Position numbers and translations under genes: made by a program. The notes beneath the pieces were generated by a model. It was not told where the DNA came from and made no database searches. It worked only from the letters and a program-made list of their open reading frames with translations. From an uncultured Gemmatimonadales bacterium (GTDB taxonomy: Bacteria > Gemmatimonadota > Gemmatimonadetes > Gemmatimonadales > Gemmatimonadaceae), in assembly GCA_963701965.1 (NCBI GenBank), contig OY969695.1, forward strand, positions 128,001-192,000: a stretch of DNA of 64,000 nt. The letters run 5' to 3'. This document shows positions 21,584 to 31,664 of the stretch, one piece after another. Position 1 is the stretch's first letter. Every line of letters begins with the position of its first letter.

Positions 21584-22492
21584 GTGCCCGATCGATCGAC
21601 CCGAGCCAAGAGACCGGTGCTGCTGATCGTCGGCTGCGGCGACGTCGGCCTGCGCGTCGCGCGCCTCGTCGTCGGCCGCTGGCGCGTGCTCGCGCTGACG
21701 TCGAGCCCGGCGCGCGTCGCCGCGCTTCGCGGCCGCGGGGATCGTGCCGCTGCTGGGCGACCTCGACCGGCCGGCGACGCTGGCGCGGCTGGCCGATCTC
21801 GCCGACGCCGTGCTCCATCTCGCACCGCCGGCGCCCGCAGGCGACGCCGATCGGCGCACCGCCCACCTTCTCGCCGCGCTCGCCCGCTCGGCGCGGGTTC
21901 GCCGTGTCGTCTACGGCTCGACCAGCGGCGTCTATGGCGATTGCGCCGGCGCCCGCGTCGACGAGACGCGCACGCTCGCGCCGTCGACCGCGCGCGCGCG
22001 CCGACGCGCCGACGCCGAAGCCCGCGTGCGCGTCTTCGGCCGAAGCAGCGGCGTCGCGCGTGACGATCTTGCGCATCCCCGGCATCTATGCGCTCGACCG
22101 CAAGGGCGGCGACCCGCGCGAGCGCTTGGCGCGCGGCAGCCCGGTCCTTGCCGCCGGCGACGACGTCTATACCAGCCACATCCACGCCGATGACCTCGCG
22201 CGCGCGTGCGTTGCGGCGCTGCTGCGCGGCGGGCGCCAGCGCGTGCTCAACGTCGCCGACGACAGCGCGCTTCTGATGGGCGACTACTTCGACCTTGTCG
22301 CCGATCGCTTCGCCCTGGCGCGGCCGCAGCGCGTCACGCGGAGCGAGGCGGCGGCGCTGCTCTCGCCGACGCAGCTGAGCTTTCTCGGCGAGTCGCGCCG
22401 GCTCGTCAACACGCGAATGAAGCGCGAGCTCCGTGTCGCGCTGCGTTATCCGACCGTCGCCGACGGGATCCATGCGCCGGACCGACCGGTGA
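21584..22492 (+). CDS. NAD-dependent epimerase/dehydratase, atypical SDR (frameshifted; 3' end approximate)
   Basis: LIVGCGDVG, VYGSTSGVYGD, ILRIPGIY, SHIHADDLA, SFLGESRR, LRYPT. Confidence 0.83.
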
Positions 22493-22530
22493 CAATCGGC
22501 CCGCCATCGATTCCCTCGGAGGAGACTCGA

Positions 22531-23512
22531 ATGATTCGCAAGTCGATGCTGGTCGCCGCCGCCGTTGCGCTCGGTGCCGGCGGGCCGTTCGGTGCCGCGG
22601 CGCAGAGTGCCGCCTGGCCGGCCAAGCCGATCCGCGCTGGTTTCGCCGTTCAATCCCGGCGGCGCGATCGACGTCCTCAACCGGATCATTGCCGAGAAGC
22701 TCGCGCAGCGCCTCGGCCAGCCGGTCATCGTCGACGCGATCCCGGGCGCCAACACGATCAAGGGCGCCGACGTCGTCGCCAAGGCGCCTGCCGACGGCTA
22801 CACGTTCATGATCACGACGATGTCGACGCACGTGAACAACACCGTGCTGTTCGCCAAGCTGCCGTTCGATCCGGTCAAGGACTTCGCGCCGATCACGCAG
22901 GTGTCGCTCGGCAGCGTGCTGCTGACCGCGCCGGGCAACGCGCCGTATTCGGACCTGAAGGGCTTCCTCGCCTGGGCCAAGGCGCAGAACCGGCCGATCA
23001 GCTACGGCTCGTGGGGCGTCGGCTCGTCGGCCAACGTCTACGGCGAGATCCTGGCCAAGGACTATGGCGTCAGCCTCACCCACGTGCCCTACAAGGGCGA
23101 GCAGCCGGCGATCACCGACGTCATCGGCGGCAGCCTCGACGTCACCTTCGCCAGCCCGGTCGGCGCCAAGCCGCAGGTGCAGGCAGGCAAGCTCAAGGCG
23201 CTCGGCATGACCGGCCCGGCGCGCTCGGCGGCGATGCCCGACGTGCCGACCTTCGCCGAGCAGGGAATGAAAGGCTTCGAGCTGCCGATCTGGGTCGCCG
23301 CGTATGCGCCGGCGGGGACGCCGAAGGCGATCGTCGATCGCCTGCAGAAGGAGATCGCCGCCGTGATCCGCCTTCCCGACGTGCTGCCGAAGATGGTCGA
23401 CCAGGGCCAGACGCCGCTCGGCAACACGCCCGAGGAATTCGCGGCGGCGTTCGCGAAGGACGCGCCGACGTGGATCGACTACATCAAGGCCTCCGGAGCG
23501 AAGCCGCAATGA
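22531..23512 (+). CDS. Bug/TctC substrate-binding protein (frameshift ~22635)
   Basis: SD GGAGGAG, signal peptide, WPAKPIR, PFNPGGAID, HVPYKGE, PDVPTFAEQG. Confidence 0.88.
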
Positions 23513-24681
23513 GCGTGGATCAAGGCACCGCCTACGGCCTCGCGCCGGCGACGCACGACCGCGAGCTCACCGAGGTCGGCGCCGGCACGCCGATGGGCGA
23601 GCTGCTGCGTCGCTACTGGCATCCGATCGGGCTCACGGCCGACGCCGGCGGCGTGCCGCGCCAGGTGCGCGTGCTCGGCGAGGACCTGATCCTCTTTCGC
23701 GACGGCCAGGGCCGCGCCGGGCTGGTCCATCCGCGCTGCGCCCATCGCGGCGCCTCGCTCTACTACGGTCGCGTCGAGCACGAAGGAATCCGCTGCTGCT
23801 ATCACGGCTGGATGTTCTCGGTCGACGGCCACTGCCTCGATCAGCCGTGCGAGCCCGAGGGCGGTGCGCTCAAGGGCAACGTCCGCCAGCCATGGTATCC
23901 GCTCGAGGAGCGATACGGCCTGGTCTTCGCGTACCTCGGCCCGCCCGATCGGAAGCCGCTCCTGCCGCGCATCGACGTGCTCGACGATCTCGCTCTCGGC
24001 GAGACGCTCGAGGCCGACGACTCGAGCGTCGGCGGCGGCGGGCCGCAGATCATTCCATGCAACTGGCTGCAGCACTTCGAGAATGTCGTCGACAGCTTGC
24101 ATGTGCCGATCCTGCACGGCGTGTTTTCGGGCCACCAGTTCGTGCCGGCGATGGCGCAGATGCCGAAGGTCGAGTGGAGCGCGACCGAGCGCGGCGTCCG
24201 GGTCGAGAGCTGGCGCGACCTCGACGACGGACAAAAGCTCCGCCGCGTCACCGAGGCGGCGATGCCGACGCTGCGCGTCGTGCCGAGCCCGCGCCTCGGC
24301 AAGAGCGGCCCGGTCGAATCGATCGGCTGGGTGCTGCCGATCGACGACGGCCACTTTCGCATCTACGTCGCCGGCCGGGTCGAGCAGCCGGGCGACATCG
24401 GCCGCATGCGCTCGAAGATGAACGGCAAGCTCTGGTGGGAGCTGAGCGAGGCCGAGCATCGCGAATTTCCGGGCGACTACGAAGCGCAGGTCAGCCAGGG
24501 CAGGATCGCCGCCCATTCGGCCGAGCACCTGCGAACGAGCGACCGCGGCGTGGCGCTGCTGCGCCGCTTCCTGCGCGAGCAGCTGCGTGTCGTCGCCGAA
24601 GGCGGCGACCCGGCGTGCGTCGTCCGCAGCGAAGGTGATGCGACCTTGTGCTTCGCCAACTGCGGCAACTTCATGGCATGA
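23509..24681 (+). CDS. Rieske non-heme iron oxygenase alpha subunit (phthalate/chlorobenzoate dioxygenase-like)
   Basis: GTPMGELLRRYWHP, CAHR...CCYHGW, ENVVDSLHVPILH, EHLRTSDRGV. Confidence 0.9.
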   Translation: MSVDQGTAYGLAPATHDRELTEVGAGTPMGELLRRYWHPIGLTADAGGVPRQVRVLGEDLILFRDGQGRAGLVHPRCAHRGASLYYGRVEHEGIRCCYHGWMFSVDGHCLDQPCEPEGGALKGNVRQPWYPLEERYGLVFAYLGPPDRKPLLPRIDVLDDLALGETLEADDSSVGGGGPQIIPCNWLQHFENVVDSLHVPILHGVFSGHQFVPAMAQMPKVEWSATERGVRVESWRDLDDGQKLRRVTEAAMPTLRVVPSPRLGKSGPVESIGWVLPIDDGHFRIYVAGRVEQPGDIGRMRSKMNGKLWWELSEAEHREFPGDYEAQVSQGRIAAHSAEHLRTSDRGVALLRRFLREQLRVVAEGGDPACVVRSEGDATLCFANCGNFMA

Positions 24682-25577
24682 AGGTCCTGCTCGTCACCCA
24701 GCCGATGCCGGCGGCGGTGTTCATCGCTGCGATCCGTGCCCGCGCGCCCGAGCTCGAGCTGGTCGAGTACCGCTCGGCGTTGAGCGATGCCGAGCTGGCC
24801 GATGTCGACGTCGTCCTCGGCTGGCAGATGCCGCCCGGCCTGCCGGCGCGCCTGCCGCGCGTCGACTGGGTCTGCTCGATCGCGGCCGGGGTCGAGAAGC
24901 TGCTTGCTCCGGATCTCGCGCCGCACGTTCGCGTCTCGCGCATCGTCGACCGCGAGCAGGCCGCCGGAATCGCCCAGTTCGTGGTCGCGATGGCGCTCCG
25001 TCACGCGCGCGACCTCGAGCGCTACGAGGCGCAGCAGCGCGCACGCGACTGGTCGCGTCAGCCCGTGCCGATGGCGCGCCACTCGGTCGGCGTGCTCGGC
25101 ACCGGTGCCATGGGCGGCGAGATCGCGGCCTGGCTCGAGCGCTGCGGCCTGCTCGTTCGCGGCTGGAACCGGCGCTCGGGCGAAAGCTTCGAGGCCGTTC
25201 TCGGCGCGAGCGAGATCGTCGTCTGCGCGCTGCCCCTCACGGCCGAGACCGAAGGCATCCTCGACGCGCGCGCGTTCGCACTGATGCCGCGCGGCGCCTA
25301 TGTCATCAACGTCGCCCGTGGCGCGCACGTCGTCGAGCCCGATCTGATCGCCGCCGTGCGCTCGGGCCATCTGAGCGGCGCCGCGCTCGACGTGCAGCGC
25401 AAGGAGCCACTGCCGGCCGACGATCCGCTCTGGAGCGTCCCCGGCATCACGATCACGCCGCACATCGCGGCCCAGCCATCGACCGAGACCATCGCCGATC
25501 AGTTCGTCGCCAGCGTTCGCGCGCTCGAGCGCAGCGAGGCGTTGCCGAACCAGATCGATCGCAGCCGCGGCTACTGA
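24678..25577 (+). CDS. Glyoxylate/hydroxypyruvate reductase A-like D-2-hydroxyacid dehydrogenase
   Basis: GVLGTGAMG, LPLTAET, INVARG, LDVQRKEP, TPHIAA. Confidence 0.88.
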   Translation: MKVLLVTQPMPAAVFIAAIRARAPELELVEYRSALSDAELADVDVVLGWQMPPGLPARLPRVDWVCSIAAGVEKLLAPDLAPHVRVSRIVDREQAAGIAQFVVAMALRHARDLERYEAQQRARDWSRQPVPMARHSVGVLGTGAMGGEIAAWLERCGLLVRGWNRRSGESFEAVLGASEIVVCALPLTAETEGILDARAFALMPRGAYVINVARGAHVVEPDLIAAVRSGHLSGAALDVQRKEPLPADDPLWSVPGITITPHIAAQPSTETIADQFVASVRALERSEALPNQIDRSRGY

Positions 25578-25598
25578 GGCCGCGGCGTAGCGCTCCGG

Positions 25599-26732
25599 TC
25601 AGACGCCCTGCGGCCGGCTCAGCGTCTGCATCCGGTCGATCGCATGCACCGGCAGGCGCATGGTCATGCCGTCGCGCTGGATCTCGAGGATGACGTCGCG
25701 TTCCGGACGCTCGCCGCGCCAGAGTACGCGGTAGAACGACGCCAGGTCCTTGACCGCCGTGCCATCGACCGCGACCACGACGTCGCCGGGCATCAGGCCC
25801 GCGGCTTCGGCCGGGCTTTCCGGCGAGAAGCGCATCACGCGCAACCGACCGTCGATCTCGACGCAATTGAGGCCGAGCCAAGCGCGGCGGCTGTCGCTCG
25901 AGCTGCCGCGCGCCTTCAGCTCGGGCAGGATCGGCTTGAGCAGATCGACCGGGACGAACATGTTGCCGCGCAGCGCCGGGCCTTCGCCACGGGCGTTGCC
26001 GACGACCAGCGAGCCGACGCCGACGAGCTCGCCGTCGGCGTTGAAGAGAGCCGCGCCGCTGTGGTCGGTGCGCGCCGGCACGGTGAAGAGCGCGCCCTCG
26101 ATGTGGTATTCCCAGTAGCCGGAAAAGGCACGCCGCGAGACCATCCGGGCGATGCTGAGATCGGCGTCGTCGCCACCGCTTGCGATCAGAAGCGGCTCGT
26201 CGTCGGCGATCGCCGCGGAGACGCCGAGACGCACCGGCGCCAGACCGAGCGGTGCAAGCGCCTGGACCAGGCCGAAGCCAGACGCCAGGTCGTAGGCGAC
26301 GACGCGTGCCGGCACGTGCCGCCCGGGCGAGGGCACGAGATCGACGTGATCGGCCTCGAGGATCAGGTAGCCGATCGTCAGGACCAGGCCGTCGTCGCCG
26401 ATCAGGACGCCTGAACCCTGTCGCTCGCGCCCGAGCGTGGCGATCGAGCGCGCGTCTTCGATCGCCGTGACCTCGACGCCGACGACCGCGGCGTTGGCGC
26501 GTGCCAGCGCCTCCTTGTGGGCCTCGATGCGCTCGGCGACCGAGCGCAGGGTCGCCGGCATCGCCGGCGGCGGCTCGGCCGCCGCGGCGGCAACGCAGAG
26601 AACGAGGCAGGCGGCGAGGCCGAGCATCCAGCTCAGCCGGCGCGAGCCGAAGCGGCGCGAAGGACGGTGCGCCATGCGCCGAGCGAACGACGGCTGGACC
26701 ATACGAGCTCCCACGATCTGGGCATCAAGCAT
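25599..26732 (-). CDS. S1C (HtrA-like) protease-fold protein with PDZ domain and non-canonical triad; start uncertain
   Basis: GSGVLI, LTIGYLI, YDLASGFGL, DHSGAAL, RAWLG, SPAEAAGLMPGD; signal peptide. Confidence 0.85.
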   Translation of the reverse strand: MLDAQIVGARMVQPSFARRMAHRPSRRFGSRRLSWMLGLAACLVLCVAAAAAEPPPAMPATLRSVAERIEAHKEALARANAAVVGVEVTAIEDARSIATLGRERQGSGVLIGDDGLVLTIGYLILEADHVDLVPSPGRHVPARVVAYDLASGFGLVQALAPLGLAPVRLGVSAAIADDEPLLIASGGDDADLSIARMVSRRAFSGYWEYHIEGALFTVPARTDHSGAALFNADGELVGVGSLVVGNARGEGPALRGNMFVPVDLLKPILPELKARGSSSDSRRAWLGLNCVEIDGRLRVMRFSPESPAEAAGLMPGDVVVAVDGTAVKDLASFYRVLWRGERPERDVILEIQRDGMTMRLPVHAIDRMQTLSRPQGV

Positions 26733-26787
26733 GAGCGCTCACCGACGCCGTGCGCGCCGCAGGGGCTTTATGCGGACGATCGGGCGG

Positions 26788-27375
26788 TCAGCGCCGCCCG
26801 AACGGCGCCTGGCCGCGCCAGTAGCGGATCGTCAGCAGGCCGCCGAGCATTCCGCCGAGATGCGCGAAGTGGGCGACGCCCGAGTTCATCACGTAGACCC
26901 CTTGATAGAGCTCGATCAGCCCGTACAGCGCGACCAGGTACTTCGCCTTCATCGGAATGACGAAGAAGAGCAGGATGATCCGGTTCGGAAAGATCATCGC
27001 GAACGCCAGCAGCAGGCCGAAGAGGCCGCCCGAAGCGCCGATCGTCGGCGCCTGCGCGCCGAGCACGTAGTTGACGATCAGCTGGCTCAGCGCCGCGGCG
27101 ACGACGCTCGCGGTGTAGAACTGGATAAAGCGCTTCTGGCCCCAGACCTGCTCGAGCTCGCCGCCGAACATCCACAGGCCCAGCATGTTGAAGAACAGAT
27201 GGTTGAAGTCGAAGTGCAGAAATGAATAGGTGACGATCTGCCAGGGCCAGAAGCCGCCGCCGATCGGCCACAGCGCGAACAGCTGCACGAGGCTGTGGCC
27301 GAGCAGCTGGTCGAGAAAGAAGATCGCGACGTTGGCGAGAAGAAGCGCCTGCGTGACAGGTGGAAGCGGCAACAT
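26788..27375 (-). CDS. Rhomboid intramembrane serine protease
   Basis: HLFFNM, IGASGG, AHFAHLGG. Confidence 0.92.
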   Translation of the reverse strand: MLPLPPVTQALLLANVAIFFLDQLLGHSLVQLFALWPIGGGFWPWQIVTYSFLHFDFNHLFFNMLGLWMFGGELEQVWGQKRFIQFYTASVVAAALSQLIVNYVLGAQAPTIGASGGLFGLLLAFAMIFPNRIILLFFVIPMKAKYLVALYGLIELYQGVYVMNSGVAHFAHLGGMLGGLLTIRYWRGQAPFGRR

Positions 27376-27451
27376 GCAAGCGTCCGGCGAGTGAAGGTTG
27401 GCAGCTAGTCTACGGCCCGTGTGGCAAACTGACTGTCTGCTGCAAGCACCG

Positions 27452-27536
27452 GCCTCGGTGGCGAAATTGGTAGACGCGCGGGACTCAAAATCCCGTTCCG
27501 CGAGGAGTGTCGGTTCGATTCCGACCCGAGGCACCA
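27452..27536 (+). tRNA. tRNA-Leu(CAA)
   Basis: GCCTCGG/CCGAGGC acceptor stem, D loop AATTGGTAGAC, anticodon arm CGGGA-CTCAAAA-TCCCG, long variable arm, GGTTCGATTCC, encoded CCA. Confidence 0.96.
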
Positions 27537-27555
27537 GGCGCGGCGGCAACCTTCC

Positions 27556-28473
27556 ATGAGCGACTTCCCGCCGACCTATCCCACGATCGAAGACGTGATC
27601 GGCGCCACGCCGATGGTCCGCCTGGTGCGCTTGCCGGGCGCCGACAATGCGGCGCGCGGCAACGTCATTCTCGGCAAGCTCGAGGGCAACAATCCCGCCG
27701 GCTCGGTCAAGGACCGGCCCGCGATCAGCATGATCCGGCGCGCCGAGGAGCGCGGCACGATCAAGCCCGGCGACACCCTGATCGAGGCGACCTCGGGCAA
27801 CACCGGCATCGCCCTGGCGATGGCGGCGGCGATCCGCGGCTATCGCATGCTGCTGGTCATGCCCGAAGACCTGAGCGTCGAACGCGCGCAGACGATGAAG
27901 GCATTCGGCGCCGAGCTGATCCTGACGCCGCGTTCCGGTGGAATGGAATACGCGCGCGACCTGGCGACGCAGATGGAAAAGGACGGGAAGGGGCGCGTCC
28001 TCGACCAGTTCGCCAACGCCGACAACCCACGCATCCACTACGAGACGACCGGGCCCGAGATCTGGAAAGACACCGGCGGGCGGATCACCCATTTCGTCAG
28101 CGCGATGGGAACCACCGGAACGATCACCGGCGTGTCGCGCTTCCTGCGCGAGAAGAATCCCGCGGTCCGGATCATCGGCGCGCAGCCGAGCGAGGGCTCG
28201 CGCATCCCCGGCATCCGCAAGTGGCCGCAGGAATACCTGCCCAAGATCTACGACCCCAAGGCGGTCGACGAGCTGGTGCTGGTGAGCCAGAGCGACGCCG
28301 AGGAGGTGACCCGGCGGCTCGCGCGCGAAGAGGGCATCTTCGCCGGCATCTCCGCCGCGGGCGCGTGCTGGGTCGCGCTGCAGATCGCCGCGAACGTCGA
28401 GAACGCGACGATCGTTTTCGTCGTCTGCGATCGCGGCGACCGCTATCTCTCGACCGGCGTCTTCCCCGCATGA
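27556..28473 (+). CDS. cysM: Cysteine synthase B
   Basis: KLEGNNPAGSVKDR, EATSGNTG, MGTTGT, IPGIRKWP, CDRGDRYLSTG. Confidence 0.95.
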   Translation: MSDFPPTYPTIEDVIGATPMVRLVRLPGADNAARGNVILGKLEGNNPAGSVKDRPAISMIRRAEERGTIKPGDTLIEATSGNTGIALAMAAAIRGYRMLLVMPEDLSVERAQTMKAFGAELILTPRSGGMEYARDLATQMEKDGKGRVLDQFANADNPRIHYETTGPEIWKDTGGRITHFVSAMGTTGTITGVSRFLREKNPAVRIIGAQPSEGSRIPGIRKWPQEYLPKIYDPKAVDELVLVSQSDAEEVTRRLAREEGIFAGISAAGACWVALQIAANVENATIVFVVCDRGDRYLSTGVFPA

Positions 28474-29034
28474 CGCTTCGAGACCCGGTTCTGCGTCAAT
28501 TGCGCGACCGCGCTGGCGCCGGTCGCGACCCTGGAAGACGGCGGCACCAAGACCCGGCTGCGCTGCCCGGCATGCGGCTGGACGCACTGGAACAACCCGA
28601 CGCCGGTGCTTGCCGCGGTGATCGAGCTGCTCGACCGCGACGGCCAGGTGCTGCTCGCCCGCAACGCCGCCTGGCCGGGCAAGTTCTACGGCCTGATCAC
28701 CGGCTTCATGGAAGCGGGCGAGACGCCCGAGGAAGGGATCGCGCGCGAGGTCGCGGAAGAGACTTCGCTCACGGTCGAATCGCTGTCGCTGATCGGCGTC
28801 TACGAGTTCTTGCGCATGAATCAGGTCATCATTGCCTACCATGCGGCAGCGCGCGGCGAGATCGTGCTCTCGCCCGAGCTCGTCGCCTACCGCTTGTTCG
28901 CGCCGGCCGAGATCCAATGCTGGCCGGCGGGCACCGGGCGCGCGGTCGCCGACTGGCTGCGCTCGCGCGGCATCGAGCCGCGCTGGATGGAACTGCCGCC
29001 CGGCAAGCGGGCAACCGAAGTCGATGTGGATTGA
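28470..29034 (+). CDS. NUDIX hydrolase with N-terminal zinc ribbon (5' frameshift)
   Basis: CVNC...CPACG, WNNPTPV, GFMEAGETPEEGIAREVAEETSL Nudix box. Confidence 0.87.
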
Positions 29035-29043
29035 GGCCTGACG

Positions 29044-29271
29044 ATGGAAGCGCAAAAGGAAATCGATACCCGCGGCTTGAACTGCCCTTTGCCGATCCTG
29101 AAGGCGAAGAAGGCGCTCGCCGACATGTCGAGCGGCGACGTACTCAAGGTCGTCGCCACCGATCCCGGCTCGGTGCGCGACTTCCAGGCGTTCGCGCGCC
29201 AGACCGGCAACGAGCTGCTCGAGCAATCGAGCGCCAACGACGAATTCGTCCACTATCTGCGGCGCAGGTAG
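29044..29271 (+). CDS. TusA-family sulfurtransferase
   Basis: IDTRGLNCPLPILK, ATDPGSVRDF. Confidence 0.92.
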   Translation: MEAQKEIDTRGLNCPLPILKAKKALADMSSGDVLKVVATDPGSVRDFQAFARQTGNELLEQSSANDEFVHYLRRR

Positions 29272-29289
29272 CGACGACGCGCGCTTCAG

Positions 29290-29639
29290 CGCGCAGTTCG
29301 TGATGGCGCACCATATGGACCTCTTGCGCCCCCGAATTGCCCGGCGTGCCGCCGCCCGGATCGTTGCTGTCGGACAGGAGCACGTCGACGTTGAAGAAGT
29401 TGCCGCCTACTTGTAGCCGCTTGCGCGGGTCAGGCCGAAGATCTTCTTCTTGATGTCGATCGCCGAGCCGTCGGGATTGTTGTCGCAGGGCTCGTGGAAT
29501 TTCGTTCCGTAGCGAACGCTGAGCGAGGAGTCGCTCCAGTCGGCGCCATGGCGAGCGGCGCGGCCGCCAGACCGAGGAGAAGACCGAGCGCCGGAACGGG
29601 CGTGCGCGAACCCGCCTTGCGGCGAACCCTACCTGCCAT
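29290..29639 (-). pseudogene. Truncated Tsx-like outer-membrane channel remnant
   Basis: Signal peptide, then across frames ADWSDSSLSVRYGTKFHEP...IFGLTRASGYK*/GNFFNVDVLLSDSNDP...GAQEV; similarity ends after ~110 codons. Confidence 0.55.
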
Positions 29640-29727
29640 GCCTGCCCCTGTTTGTAATTGCGGGGGGACGTTCAGCACGATCTATGCCAAATCGATGGCA
29701 CCTGCAGCGCGCGTTCCGCGCGCGTTG

Positions 29728-30595
<868 letters not shown>

Positions 30596-30668
30596 TTATT
30601 TACAATGCCCAAAAAGTCGCCACGATTCTTGCACGCAGGATCGCATCGGCAGGGAAAGGAACGCTTCC

Positions 30669-31664
30669 GTGGACCTGCTCGTCATCGATCCGATCGACGC
30701 CGACGTGATGCGTTGGCTCGGGTCCCGGCATCAGCTCCGCTTCGCGCCCGAGCTCGCGTTCGCTCCGCGCGACTTTCGCCGTGCGCTCTACAACGTCAGG
30801 GCAGTCATCGTGCCGGCGTCGGTCGGCATCGACGCCGAGACACTCGACTTCGCGCCGGTGCTGCGCGCCGTCGGCCGGGTCAGCGCCGGCTCGGAGAACA
30901 TCGACCTGGAAGCGTGCGAGAAACGCAAGGTCGAGGTCGTTCGCAGCCTGACGGCGAGCGCCCGCGCCGAGGCCGAATTCGTGGTCGGCGCGATGCTCGC
31001 CCTGTTCCGACGTGTGCCGGTGCGCGCCTCCGACGGCTCGATCGCCGGCCGCGAGCTCGGCGGCGCGACCATCGGCCTGGTCGGCATGCCGCCGGCGGCG
31101 CGAATGATCGTCCAGCTGCTCGCCGGATTCGGCGTCCGCATCCTCGGCTACGACCCGGCGCTGCACGCGCGCGATCCGTCGTGGGTGCATTGGCAGGTCG
31201 CGCACGCCGGCCTGCGCGAGCTGGTCGAGCGCGCCGACGTCCTCTGCGTCCAGCTCGACTACTTCAGCCGCTACCACGGCCTGCTCGGCGAGCGGTTCCT
31301 GCCGCACAGCAAGATCAACCAGGTGGTCGTGAGCACGGCGCATTCGGGTCTGTTCGACGAGCATGCGCTGGCGACGGCGCTGAGGAGCGGCCGGATCGCC
31401 GCCGCCTGGCTCGACAGCGTCGAGCCTGGCGCCCTCGACCCGCACCGCCCGCTGCACGGCATCGAGACGCTGCAGGTGACGCCGCGGGTCGCGGCAACGA
31501 CGCGCGAGTCGCGTCAGCGCAGCGTCTGGGCGGTGGCGCGCCGGATCGACGAGCTGCTGCTCGAGACGGCGACGACCGTGCCGGGCGAGTTCACCCTGAC
31601 GACGCCCGGAGAGCTCAACCCGACGTCGACTCCAGGCGAGCTCGCTGGTCTCGAAGCCGAGTGA
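30669..31664 (+). CDS. D-2-hydroxyacid dehydrogenase-fold protein with degenerate active site
   Basis: [53 protein letters not shown]. Confidence 0.8.
   Translation: MDLLVIDPIDADVMRWLGSRHQLRFAPELAFAPRDFRRALYNVRAVIVPASVGIDAETLDFAPVLRAVGRVSAGSENIDLEACEKRKVEVVRSLTASARAEAEFVVGAMLALFRRVPVRASDGSIAGRELGGATIGLVGMPPAARMIVQLLAGFGVRILGYDPALHARDPSWVHWQVAHAGLRELVERADVLCVQLDYFSRYHGLLGERFLPHSKINQVVVSTAHSGLFDEHALATALRSGRIAAAWLDSVEPGALDPHRPLHGIETLQVTPRVAATTRESRQRSVWAVARRIDELLLETATTVPGEFTLTTPGELNPTSTPGELAGLEAE

Noticed and set aside
21373..24681. 1102 aa epimerase-Bug-Rieske ORF
   Set aside because: It contains an internal SD plus signal peptide (22531) and an off-frame stretch; three separate genes
27452..27560. 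tRNA-Leu as an integration site for a mobile element
   Set aside because: No integrase and no duplicated tRNA 3' end seen; cysM follows immediately
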